DNA of 64,000 nt from a virus. Its lineage: Duplodnaviria > Caudoviricetes. The notes under the pieces were generated by a model. The model ran no database searches, was not told the DNA's origin, and saw nothing but the letters and a program-made list of their open reading frames with translations. Below are positions 17,798-27,483 of this stretch, in pieces. Location: positions 540-64,539 of IMG/VR virus record IMGVR_UViG_3300022178_002326. One strand, written 5' to 3'. Made by a program: the position numbers and the translations under genes. How positions within the stretch are numbered: the first letter of the stretch is position 1; every line of letters starts with the position of its first letter.

Positions 17798-19454
17798 TAC
17801 CAATCTACCCCCATCCATAGGACCTATCCTTAGAAGATTGGCTGATCAGATAGACTCAATCTCCAATAACCTACCAGTAACTCAAAGGCTAAGTAAAAAC
17901 AATACTCAAGCGTTGAAGGGGGTAGGAGACTCCCTAGTTCAGTTTGCTACTCCTATGGTTCGGTTAAGAGATTCCATTAACAGAATGGATGAGACTAACC
18001 GTAAGATAACCCAAATGGGAACAACTTATTCTAAGTTGCAAGCCTCCTTAGAAAAGAACTCAAATGTATTAGATCAAGGAATAATAAGCAATCGCGCTTT
18101 GATGACGGAGATATCCAAAAACTTTGAGCAAGGCATTAGGGTTAATAACGGTGCTGTAATAGACTTGACCAAAGAGATGGTTGCTACTGGTCAAAATATT
18201 GAAGGCCAGAGGAAAATGAATTCTGCATTGTTATTGCAGACAGGCCATAACACTGAGACTGTCCAAAGTCTTAATAAGACTAATATAGAAGTAAGCGATA
18301 GGTATGGAGTTAGCAATGACAGGCTAATACAATCTTTAAACAGTTTAAAGTCCGTAATGGATAAAGCTTCATTCTTTGGTCCACAAGCGGTTGATAGTTT
18401 TGGTACTATCGCTATGGAACTTAAGGGTAGATCAGGAGGAAATAACATTGAAGCGGGTCTGCAAGCTTTATTTGGAATAATATCTCCTGGAAGTGAAAAC
18501 ATAGCTGCAAGTCGTATTTTAGGAGCAGGAGGATCTAGGCAGAAAGTAATATCTGGTCAGGCTTTAAGTTTGCAGGATATGCAGCCTATCTTTGCAAACT
18601 TGGAAAGAATAATAAATTCTTCTGGCGGAGAGTTTGGATTAGAGATTGCTTCAGCTAGAGCACAACTAGGACCTCAGCAGGTTATCGCTTTAAAACAGCT
18701 AATTGAGATTAATAAGAAAAATTTTGAGCTAGACGATGAAGCAAAAGCTACAATGGCAGAAAAATCTGCTAACCTTAAAAACTTAGAAGATAAGGCTAAA
18801 AACTTTTACGACAACACCGCTACGGCAATACTTAGTACACTAGGTGGAATAGATACTGGGTTGCTAAATTTGGGTACATCACTGTTTATGTTAGCAGGAG
18901 GTCTAGGAACTGGAGCCGGACTTTTTGCACCTATGACTGGATTAAATAAAAATGCGTCGAGGTTTGAACGCATAAAGTATGCAAACAAACGAAGAGGTAG
19001 AAACAGGTTTTCAGGAATGATGCCGAAGGGAATGATGAAGATTGGAGCAGCGGGTATAGGTGCTGGACTTGCTGCTGGAGCCATTGAGGATTCTACGGGA
19101 CACGACATGTCCTTTACACAAATGGGTTCTACCATTGGCATGGCTGGAGGTCTTCCTGGAGTGGCTATAGGAACGACAGTCGGGTTGCTAATCGATATTG
19201 CTAAAAACACACTTGGATCTTCGGAGGCCGATAAAGAGTCTTTGAAGATGGAGAAGGAAAAAGAAAATAGAAAGAGAGCGGAAGAGGCTTCTAAGCAATT
19301 GAATACCCTAACCATCTTAACTAATTATACAAGATCAAGAGGTTTAATGTCAGGTGCTATTAGTGAGGATGAGGTAATGGAGATGCGTAGAGAGCAAAAT
19401 GTTCTTCTTCGCAAGATGGCTGAAAACAAGAAAACGGTAAATCCAAGCCAGTAA
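17790..19454 (+). CDS. probable tape measure protein
   Basis: Long helical protein with Gly/Ala-rich hydrophobic C-terminal region, immediately upstream of tube-initiator, LysM, hub and spike genes. Confidence 0.7.
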   Translation: MSNTNLPPSIGPILRRLADQIDSISNNLPVTQRLSKNNTQALKGVGDSLVQFATPMVRLRDSINRMDETNRKITQMGTTYSKLQASLEKNSNVLDQGIISNRALMTEISKNFEQGIRVNNGAVIDLTKEMVATGQNIEGQRKMNSALLLQTGHNTETVQSLNKTNIEVSDRYGVSNDRLIQSLNSLKSVMDKASFFGPQAVDSFGTIAMELKGRSGGNNIEAGLQALFGIISPGSENIAASRILGAGGSRQKVISGQALSLQDMQPIFANLERIINSSGGEFGLEIASARAQLGPQQVIALKQLIEINKKNFELDDEAKATMAEKSANLKNLEDKAKNFYDNTATAILSTLGGIDTGLLNLGTSLFMLAGGLGTGAGLFAPMTGLNKNASRFERIKYANKRRGRNRFSGMMPKGMMKIGAAGIGAGLAAGAIEDSTGHDMSFTQMGSTIGMAGGLPGVAIGTTVGLLIDIAKNTLGSSEADKESLKMEKEKENRKRAEEASKQLNTLTILTNYTRSRGLMSGAISEDEVMEMRREQNVLLRKMAENKKTVNPSQ

Positions 19455-19460
19455 AATAAT

Positions 19461-20561
19461 ATGTCAATTTTAGGATACAATTCTTTATCTGATGTCGCTA
19501 AGGGATACACGAACGGCGCACTTAAAAAGCATAAGAGAGGTCTTTCTGATAGGTCTCATCTGACCATTGAATTTCCTCAGAGTAAGGACAGGGTTATAAG
19601 AACATTTGTACCATTCTTGGAGAATCCTAGTATTTCTGAAAGAGGAAGAGCAAACCTTAATTCTTATAATCTAGTTGGAAGAGCAGGACAGTTGTTCTCT
19701 TATGGTGGAGCAGAATCACGGAAGTTAAGTGTAAACTTTAGCATATCTCTTTTACATGTGATGGAAGAAGAGCCAGAAATGGATAACATGTTTAAACCTA
19801 ATTTAAAAGTATTCTTTTCAGATAACGCAAATTCTATAGCGGCTTTTAAATTGTCCGAGGTTTCAGATGAAGATGTAGAAAAAGTAGAAGAACAACTTCA
19901 AGCGTTCGGAGGAGGTCCGTCAATACTAACGCCCTTATCTCGTGAGATTGCTCAAGCTGTAAACGAACTTAAAGCCAGTGAAAAGATAGGAGATTCAGAC
20001 GTAGAAAGGAGTGTAGGAAGAAATCACGCAGCACTACAAAGAGCTTATTATGACGAGCATGTAAGGAAAATATCTGGTTTAGGTAGAAATGAATTTCTAG
20101 ACAACCTTCTTAATTCTGTTAAAAGAGAGTTTGGTCAACCTGAGTTTAATGCTGCGGCTAACGTAGCAAAGTTAGATTCTACCATAAACTTAGTTTATTT
20201 CTGGTTAAACCTCATTAGAGGTTCTGTTTTGAACAGGTCAGACAATACTACCTTTGGTCCTCCTATTGTTAGATTGACTCACGGAGCAATGTATAATAAT
20301 GTTCCATGTCTATTACAAGATTACTCAATCAATATTAATGAACAAGCGGGTCATGATGTCGCTACGCTAACCCCTAAAAAGATAGATATAACTCTTAACC
20401 TAGTTGAATCCCGAACTGGAAATTTTGGAGATTTTCAATCTGGTGAAGTTGAGTTTGGGGATAACATAACTGGTTGGGAGTCGGTCATAGAGGAAAATAA
20501 CATGGACCCTTGTAATGGGGTTATTGGTCAGCCCAACCAATTTGGATCAGGTATAAAATGA
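19461..20561 (+). CDS. tail tube initiator / baseplate-tube junction protein (gp48/gp54-like)
   Basis: PPIVRLTHG...VPCLLQDYSINI...PKKIDITLNLVE pattern; position after tape measure. Confidence 0.7.
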   Translation: MSILGYNSLSDVAKGYTNGALKKHKRGLSDRSHLTIEFPQSKDRVIRTFVPFLENPSISERGRANLNSYNLVGRAGQLFSYGGAESRKLSVNFSISLLHVMEEEPEMDNMFKPNLKVFFSDNANSIAAFKLSEVSDEDVEKVEEQLQAFGGGPSILTPLSREIAQAVNELKASEKIGDSDVERSVGRNHAALQRAYYDEHVRKISGLGRNEFLDNLLNSVKREFGQPEFNAAANVAKLDSTINLVYFWLNLIRGSVLNRSDNTTFGPPIVRLTHGAMYNNVPCLLQDYSININEQAGHDVATLTPKKIDITLNLVESRTGNFGDFQSGEVEFGDNITGWESVIEENNMDPCNGVIGQPNQFGSGIK

Positions 20562-20848
20562 ACTACACTAATCATTTAAAGTTAGGCTATAATGAATTGA
20601 TACATAAAGGAAAAGCAGTAGTTACTTCTTTAAACTCTGTGGAATTTAGGAAGTCTATGAAAGATATTCAAAACCTTCCGGCTAAGGTAGGAACAATACC
20701 TCCTGGATTCGAGCATCGTGCTGACAAGATATCAAATTTATTTTATAATACTCCCGATCTTGATTGGTTGATATGTTGGACTAACAATATATCAGACCCT
20801 TTTCAGCAATTGAATGTTGGTGACCGAATAAGAATAGTGAGCATCTAG
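20558..20848 (+). CDS. LysM-type baseplate wedge protein (gp53/gpX-like)
   Basis: RADKISNLFYNTPDLDWLICWTNNISDPFQQLNVGDRIRI. Confidence 0.85.
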   Translation: MNYTNHLKLGYNELIHKGKAVVTSLNSVEFRKSMKDIQNLPAKVGTIPPGFEHRADKISNLFYNTPDLDWLICWTNNISDPFQQLNVGDRIRIVSI

Positions 20849-20849
20849 A

Positions 20850-23699
20850 GTGTCTAAATCCTATCCATATAATGTAATCCTTACTAAGGATCCTACAGTT
20901 ATAGACCGTTTATTTTTCGATAAGATAACGGGGGTGACTAGCTTTAGTAGTAAGCTATCTTCCTTAACTTCCGAAGAGAGAGAAGAATCTTTTATAGTAT
21001 CTCCTTTATCTAACCGTAATTTTTTAAGCCTTGATGTTAATTTCCCCCAAGGGGATCCAAAGTCAAAGTTTGTGGTCTTGAAGTTATTAGAAACTTCTGA
21101 ATTACTAGAGTACTTTAGTATCACCACAGAATCTTTTCAAGAAGCCTTAAACTGTAAAGCAAAAGTAAATCTAGCTCTTAGAGGGGGTGCTGATGAATTA
21201 CTGGTTGACAATATTCTGAAGGGAGCAAGGCCGAGATTTTATCTATCTTACGGCATTGGCGATGATACTTCGGAATGGGCTGGTCCTTTCACTTTAGAAC
21301 TAATAGACGCTAACATATCAATAACTTCCGATGGAATTAGGGAGTTAGAGCTAATGTTTAGTCCTACTTTAAATACTCTTGAAGTGTTTACGAATAAATC
21401 CTTCAACGACTATCAGTATGCTCAATCCGACTCTATTTTTGACACTAGGTTTAATGATGAAGTTGTAATCGCAACTAAGAAAAAATATAAATTATCAGAA
21501 AACAAGGAGGCTAATGAGCCTGCTGAAAATTTTGATAGTATAGTAAGAGATCTAATATCTTCCTACATAAGCGACAGGTTTACCACGGTTCCTAGAGGAA
21601 ATGTTTTAGTACTTATTCCTGACGGTATAAAAAGCATCATGGATACTATTGGGAAAATATCAACCGTTTCAAGATTCTCTAAACCTCTTATAAATAGTAG
21701 ATATGGACATTGCTTAGGAAAATTAGGGATAGACATCAACGTATCTTGGCCTAAATTATATCCCCCTGAAAAAACTAAAAAGGAACTCACTCAGATAACA
21801 GAAAAAATAATAGAGAATAAGTCTTCTGAAATAAAAAATCTTAATAATAAAATAAAAGAATTAAAAGAGGATTACAAGGTACAACAAAAAAAGTTTTTTG
21901 ATGCTACTACCTCCGAAAGAGAAAATTTTTATGAAAAAAGAGCTAACAGTTTGCTCAGACGGATTTCTAAGTTAGAGGAGTCTGTTAAAGACCGAAAAGG
22001 TCAGATAAAAGTCGCTGGATTACCTCCCCCCAAACCTGTTCCCTTAGATATTGGATTAGGACCCTTTGAAACGAAAAGCCTCACAGAACTTGCTGAGAAG
22101 GAAAGAGATAGATTATCACAGGGTTATTCCTCTAATCCTGAAGAACTTCAAACATCATTTTATGATATTTCTGAATTGACTCACTTTGTATTGTCCATGG
22201 GAGGTGTAATTGATGAGACTAATAAAAATGATTCTAAAAATGTGTTAAACTCTTTAAAGCCATTATATACTTTTGCTAAATGTTTGTCTGATTTCGGCGA
22301 TCTACCTAATGACTTTACTATATTCGAGGAGAATGACATGCGTGTCGTAAAGCTGTTAAAAGAAAGCAAACTGATTAAGGATGAAACCTCTCCTGTGGTA
22401 ATCTTTGGGAGATCAGCATTTATAAAACATTCAATTTATCCTTCTCCCAGTGAGAAAAGCGTTTTTGGTGTAGAAAGATATGGGGTTAAACCTTCTGATA
22501 ATCCTCTTGTAAACAGAAATTCTAAGACACTTTACAATTCAGAATTTCCTAACAAAGATTATGACCCCGACTATGGGGAAAAGTTACTAAAAAGAAATGA
22601 GGTAATAGGAGTGTATGGAACAGAGGGTGGTGTTAACAGAATGGAATTGGCTGATCAAAGGCAAAAACTTCAAAACTATATTAAAACATTTCAGGAGGCT
22701 TTCAAAGTAAAGTATTCTATTCGAACATCTTCGTTTAATGAAGGTATGGGACCATACTCTTCTCCTATTAAAGAACTTACGAAAGATAAAGATGACCCTG
22801 TAGTTTTTACTCACAATGTTACCAACTCTAATGTTTTGTCTTTAAGTTTTGATAGCAGTCCTTATAAAGGTCAACTTCTAAGTTATCAAGCGGAAAGTTC
22901 TTATAGACTTTTAGATGAGGTATTCGGAAATTCCGGTCAAATTTTGGGTAGTCAAAGTTTAAATACCGGCCCGATGGCAGACTACATTAATTACATATCT
23001 ACTACTTTAGCTTCTAGCCGTTTATCTTCTTCTAATAACTACGGAAAAACTGTCCTTTCTACCATAAAAAAAGCTATGTCTACGGAAGTGGCTGGAAGAC
23101 TTTATTTAAAGATTCCCGAAGAATCCAGAGGGATATCTGATAAGACTTTTCTAGATTTGGTTATTATAAAAGCTTCTACTAAATCTTCCAAGAAGTTAAA
23201 AAGTATTTCTGGGGGCAGGCTTAAGAGTGAAGCTGAGATTCTTAAGAACATTAACAAGTATATTATTAATGTTGACATAAAAACTTTACCCTTTTTTAAT
23301 ATCCCTTGTCATCTTGGACGGCAATGCGTTTTGTTTGGTAAGCCTAATACTATAATAGGTTCTAATGATCTTAGAGAAAAAGTTTCAGTAGTAGATGCTT
23401 TTTATACAAATTCTTACAAGATAGTGTCGTATTCTCACAAAATATCTCCTTCTGAATCCTCGTCTAGTTTTAAGCTCATGAGAGATGGGACTAACTCAGA
23501 AGCAGAGATTAGTTCTAATGCTTTTGAATTATTCTCTAAGCAGTTACAGGAATCTATGGATGAGGTGTTCTCCACAGACTTCGTTAAAAACGAAAAAGAT
23601 AGAACGGTTCTAAATTTGCTTTCCATTAACCCTGCTGGTCCTCCAACTAATGAAAACCAAGAAAGACTCATACGTGAAAAACGGAACGGATTAAATTAG
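20850..23699 (+). CDS. large baseplate hub protein (gp27/gpD-like) with insertions
   Basis: Lies between LysM and spike genes; C-terminal IKTLPFF...YKIVSYSHKIS...SSFKL pattern; internal coiled coil. Confidence 0.6.
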   Translation: MSKSYPYNVILTKDPTVIDRLFFDKITGVTSFSSKLSSLTSEEREESFIVSPLSNRNFLSLDVNFPQGDPKSKFVVLKLLETSELLEYFSITTESFQEALNCKAKVNLALRGGADELLVDNILKGARPRFYLSYGIGDDTSEWAGPFTLELIDANISITSDGIRELELMFSPTLNTLEVFTNKSFNDYQYAQSDSIFDTRFNDEVVIATKKKYKLSENKEANEPAENFDSIVRDLISSYISDRFTTVPRGNVLVLIPDGIKSIMDTIGKISTVSRFSKPLINSRYGHCLGKLGIDINVSWPKLYPPEKTKKELTQITEKIIENKSSEIKNLNNKIKELKEDYKVQQKKFFDATTSERENFYEKRANSLLRRISKLEESVKDRKGQIKVAGLPPPKPVPLDIGLGPFETKSLTELAEKERDRLSQGYSSNPEELQTSFYDISELTHFVLSMGGVIDETNKNDSKNVLNSLKPLYTFAKCLSDFGDLPNDFTIFEENDMRVVKLLKESKLIKDETSPVVIFGRSAFIKHSIYPSPSEKSVFGVERYGVKPSDNPLVNRNSKTLYNSEFPNKDYDPDYGEKLLKRNEVIGVYGTEGGVNRMELADQRQKLQNYIKTFQEAFKVKYSIRTSSFNEGMGPYSSPIKELTKDKDDPVVFTHNVTNSNVLSLSFDSSPYKGQLLSYQAESSYRLLDEVFGNSGQILGSQSLNTGPMADYINYISTTLASSRLSSSNNYGKTVLSTIKKAMSTEVAGRLYLKIPEESRGISDKTFLDLVIIKASTKSSKKLKSISGGRLKSEAEILKNINKYIINVDIKTLPFFNIPCHLGRQCVLFGKPNTIIGSNDLREKVSVVDAFYTNSYKIVSYSHKISPSESSSSFKLMRDGTNSEAEISSNAFELFSKQLQESMDEVFSTDFVKNEKDRTVLNLLSINPAGPPTNENQERLIREKRNGLN

Positions 23700-23708
23700 G
23701 TAACCATA

Positions 23709-24860
23709 ATGAATGTTGTAGTAGGAAAAGTAGAGAATAATAAAGACACTACCGAGACGGGAGTACTTCAGGTCATCATCCCTAAAGAATCGGACCCTGA
23801 TCAAGAATACATAACAGAGGTAACCTACACCTCCCCTTACTATAGAATGAATACGGGGGGGATAGTGGCAATCCCGGAGGTCGGCGCGGAGATACTTGTG
23901 CTTCATAATAAAAATCCGAGACGTGGAGAGAGTAACTACTACTACCTATCGTGCGTAATATCAGCAAAGGCTAGAGGAGGTTCGGATGAATTCTTGACAA
24001 ACCCTTCTTCAGGAAAGCAATCTCGCATTAGGATAAATCCAAACTTTACTCCGTTTAATAATAACGATACTAAAGCTAAGATTTATGGAAAAAATCAAAA
24101 GCCTGTAACTCAAGCATTCACTAACACTGCGGGAGCAGGATTATACATTCACAGGGATTTCGAAAAAGTACCGATAGCTAATGATGTCACTTTAAAGTCG
24201 GAAGGAGGAAACGAAGTAAACGTAGGTAGTTTAGGAGTTCAGATATCAAATGAGGAAGGGGACTCCGTAGTTCTAACAGGTGCTACAAAGAATGACATGT
24301 ATGCAAAGAGGGGACTATACATCGAGACTACTGGTCCTCAAGAATACAAATGTGTTAACTCAGATATTAACATGAGAATTCTTGAGGGTGGCGACGTAAA
24401 TATTGAAAACAATTCTGCTGGTCTTCGATCTTTGGGCAAATGGTTTGGAAATATTAGATTAAAAAGTAGGTTTCGTAATATAGACTTAGTAGCAGGTTCT
24501 CCCACTAGTAATGTAAATATAATTACACCTGGAGCTAACATACAGGTTGACGGACTAGGTAATATAAAAATACTATCTACAGGTGGATTAAATTTTAATA
24601 CTATTGGATCTATGAATTTTACATCTAACACAGGGGATATCAACTTAACATCATTGGCGGGATCCGTAAATTCTTACGCCGGTATGGCTATATCTACGCA
24701 GGCTACAAATTACTTTAAGAACACTAGTGATGACAATTTCGCTGGTGCTACTGTAGATACGAATAGTGCAATTGCTCCTTTCCCAGTTCCACCTCCTCTT
24801 GCAGCATCACCTCCTGATATTACAGCTAATGATTACGGAGATCCTTTAGGAGCAATTTAA
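23709..24860 (+). CDS. baseplate central spike (gp5/gpV-like OB fold + beta-helix)
   Basis: GGIVAIPEVGAEILV OB-fold motif, then beta-strand repeats; no lysozyme domain seen. Confidence 0.8.
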   Translation: MNVVVGKVENNKDTTETGVLQVIIPKESDPDQEYITEVTYTSPYYRMNTGGIVAIPEVGAEILVLHNKNPRRGESNYYYLSCVISAKARGGSDEFLTNPSSGKQSRIRINPNFTPFNNNDTKAKIYGKNQKPVTQAFTNTAGAGLYIHRDFEKVPIANDVTLKSEGGNEVNVGSLGVQISNEEGDSVVLTGATKNDMYAKRGLYIETTGPQEYKCVNSDINMRILEGGDVNIENNSAGLRSLGKWFGNIRLKSRFRNIDLVAGSPTSNVNIITPGANIQVDGLGNIKILSTGGLNFNTIGSMNFTSNTGDINLTSLAGSVNSYAGMAISTQATNYFKNTSDDNFAGATVDTNSAIAPFPVPPPLAASPPDITANDYGDPLGAI

Positions 24861-27481
24861 TGGCTTTTGACGCAAAAACATTTTTAGAATCAGATCCTAG
24901 TAATAGTTTAGGAGGTTTAGGGGCTAGCTTTGGATTGCCTAGCTGTATGTTAGGTCTAGCAGCCGATGTATTAGGTCTTATACCTGCTCCTATCCTCTTG
25001 GCGATGAGGCAAGCTATTGAGTTTGCTCAAGCATTAGCAGACGCTGTTATTAAAAGAATTAATTCATACATTAGGGATTTATTAGGTATTTCATTATTCC
25101 CTGACAGAGATGGGTTTAAAGGATACTTCTCTGAGTTCTCCAGATTTAAGATGGATGTTCTTTCTGGAATCGTAGGTGCCATAGCTGGATTTGCTGCTTT
25201 CGCGCAGGCAATACAGCAAGCCGCTGAAGAATTAATGGGGAGATATCAGCAAGCTGTTGATTGCCTCGCTGCCTTTAAAAAGTCTTTAGATTTTCAGAAT
25301 GGAAATGCAGGAGAGAGAAGAGCGGAGTTAGCTGCCCTTGAACCTACTGGATACGATAATATGATAAACTCCCAGTTTGGAGTTTACTTTCAGCAATCTC
25401 AGCAAGCTCAACAATTTAGCGATGAATGTCAGGATCAACTAGATGTTATTGATGGAATCTTATTAGAAAGAACTTTAAACCCTTCTTTAGAGCCTGGAGA
25501 TTTGCCTGATGAAGTTGTAGAGTCAGTATTCCGTTTGGAAGCTGGACCTCCTAAGTCTACCCTTGGTAAGTTTGTTCTCTCTGTTGATGGTCTGTATTAT
25601 GACTCCAAGACAGATGGGATTACTCCGGCGTTGCTTGAGTTAGATAATAGAAAGAAGGATCTAGATCTTCTTGATGAGGGAGGGTTTGATAATCCTGACC
25701 TTTGGAAACTAGAATATGATCCTAGCTTGGGTGGTAGGGGTGCTCCGACAACTTCAGATGAGCTACAGTATTACTTCAATAGTATCCTAGATCCTAAGTT
25801 ATTAGATAATTCTCAAGCATTATTAAACTTCTATAATGCGGATGAGCTTTTATTGTCTTTGGAAGGGCAGAAGGATAGAAAGGTATTTGATGTTTCATCT
25901 GAGATTCAAGAGCTAATAGATGACGGGGAGTCACAGGCGGTGATATCTAATCTTCGTCAAGTTATGCTGTCTGAGACCTCTCATTTCCAGGATAAGATAA
26001 ATAAACGTAAGAAGCAAATTGAGCTTGCTGTTAAGGTTCCTAATTTCTTAGGTAATGGACCTCAATTCACTCCTGGCAATGTTCCTGTAAATGATTTCTC
26101 TTACTTAGCTGGGTCAAACTTTTTACTAGATATTGAAAATCAAAGAAGCATTACTATAGATCAAGCAGATGTTACAGGCGTTGTCTTGCCTTTAGAGATT
26201 AAGTATACTGACAAGATTGAGACTAATGATCCTGTAGTGTTGGATCATATTCTATTGAGTAATGTGGCTAAGGGAGAAATAATTAGTAATCCTTCTAGTC
26301 CTGCTGCTCCTACTCTCCATATTAATGATCGTATATCGGAAGATGGGTTAATTGGTTTGTACAACTATCTGACTGTGCAATCAAGTTTACCTTCGGGAAC
26401 TGACTTTGGAGTTCATAATAGCAGTAGATTAGGAGGAGGTTACGCTTCTCAAATAATTGGGTCGGTATCTAGCGTCTTTAATAAGGGTCTAGGTATACCT
26501 TTCTTAAGCGGGGTAGCGTTGCCTAGTAAGGATGATAACTCAGTGATTGCAAGTATGGGATCTTATGTTAAGCTTCCTTCTAAGAATGAGTTTAAAGACT
26601 TCTTGTATAACAGCGAGGGTGCAAGCCTTGAGAACTGGATATATGTTCCTAGCTTAGATAACGCCAATGCAGGCTGGAACGTCAATGACAATAGTACGAT
26701 GGGATTGTATCGCCTCATATTAGCTAACGAGAATGTAGGAATAGCGCAAGGCAAGGAACCTCAGCCAGACATAGATAATTTAAATTTAGATTCTGGAACG
26801 GATGTTGTAAGAGGTTTAGTATACGGTTTCACAAGAGATAGAAGATTCACACAAGGGTTAGAGCCTAGTAATAGTGATTCAGACAATAGCGTTGAAAACA
26901 GCGTTTTAGTTTTAGCACCAACTCAATCCTATGATTCTTCTAGCGCAGGATTTATTGCTAATAGAACAGCAAACTGCAATAAGGATTCCTACTACGGGAT
27001 GACGATTCCTGTGTGGCAAATAATAAACAACAAGTCATTATCTAGTTGCGGAGAATCGTTTTGCCAGTTATCGGTATCCTTAGATCCTGTTGAGGATAAG
27101 ATTAGCGTTTATCTTGATGGTACTTTGCTATCCACGTCTAGCTACCAAGGAGTATTTGGAACAACCAAGGTTAATTCAACGTTCAAGGCTCCTTCCGTAT
27201 ACCAAGATAATTCCTTTGAATACTCGGCAGGACCTTATCTAGATTCTTACTTTACTCCTTGGATTATAGGAGGCGGTTATACGGACGGGTTCTCAGCAGG
27301 AAACTTCATGGGAGGAGAGTATGGAGGAAAGGTTAGTGGCCTGAAGGGTTACGTAGGTTGTAGTAGATTTTATTCAAAGCCACTTAGTGATGGTGAGGTA
27401 CTAAATAACTATAACGCTACTAAGAATTTCTTCAAGAATATATCTCTAAAAGAGGATTGGGAATCTGTCATAAGTGAGTAA
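24860..27481 (+). CDS. baseplate-associated protein with helical N-terminus and C-terminal LamG/ConA-like domain
   Basis: ISVYLDG, PWIIGGG and GLKGYVGCSRFYSKPLSDGEVLNNY are LamG-like signatures. Confidence 0.6.
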   Translation: MAFDAKTFLESDPSNSLGGLGASFGLPSCMLGLAADVLGLIPAPILLAMRQAIEFAQALADAVIKRINSYIRDLLGISLFPDRDGFKGYFSEFSRFKMDVLSGIVGAIAGFAAFAQAIQQAAEELMGRYQQAVDCLAAFKKSLDFQNGNAGERRAELAALEPTGYDNMINSQFGVYFQQSQQAQQFSDECQDQLDVIDGILLERTLNPSLEPGDLPDEVVESVFRLEAGPPKSTLGKFVLSVDGLYYDSKTDGITPALLELDNRKKDLDLLDEGGFDNPDLWKLEYDPSLGGRGAPTTSDELQYYFNSILDPKLLDNSQALLNFYNADELLLSLEGQKDRKVFDVSSEIQELIDDGESQAVISNLRQVMLSETSHFQDKINKRKKQIELAVKVPNFLGNGPQFTPGNVPVNDFSYLAGSNFLLDIENQRSITIDQADVTGVVLPLEIKYTDKIETNDPVVLDHILLSNVAKGEIISNPSSPAAPTLHINDRISEDGLIGLYNYLTVQSSLPSGTDFGVHNSSRLGGGYASQIIGSVSSVFNKGLGIPFLSGVALPSKDDNSVIASMGSYVKLPSKNEFKDFLYNSEGASLENWIYVPSLDNANAGWNVNDNSTMGLYRLILANENVGIAQGKEPQPDIDNLNLDSGTDVVRGLVYGFTRDRRFTQGLEPSNSDSDNSVENSVLVLAPTQSYDSSSAGFIANRTANCNKDSYYGMTIPVWQIINNKSLSSCGESFCQLSVSLDPVEDKISVYLDGTLLSTSSYQGVFGTTKVNSTFKAPSVYQDNSFEYSAGPYLDSYFTPWIIGGGYTDGFSAGNFMGGEYGGKVSGLKGYVGCSRFYSKPLSDGEVLNNYNATKNFFKNISLKEDWESVISE

Positions 27482-27483
27482 GG

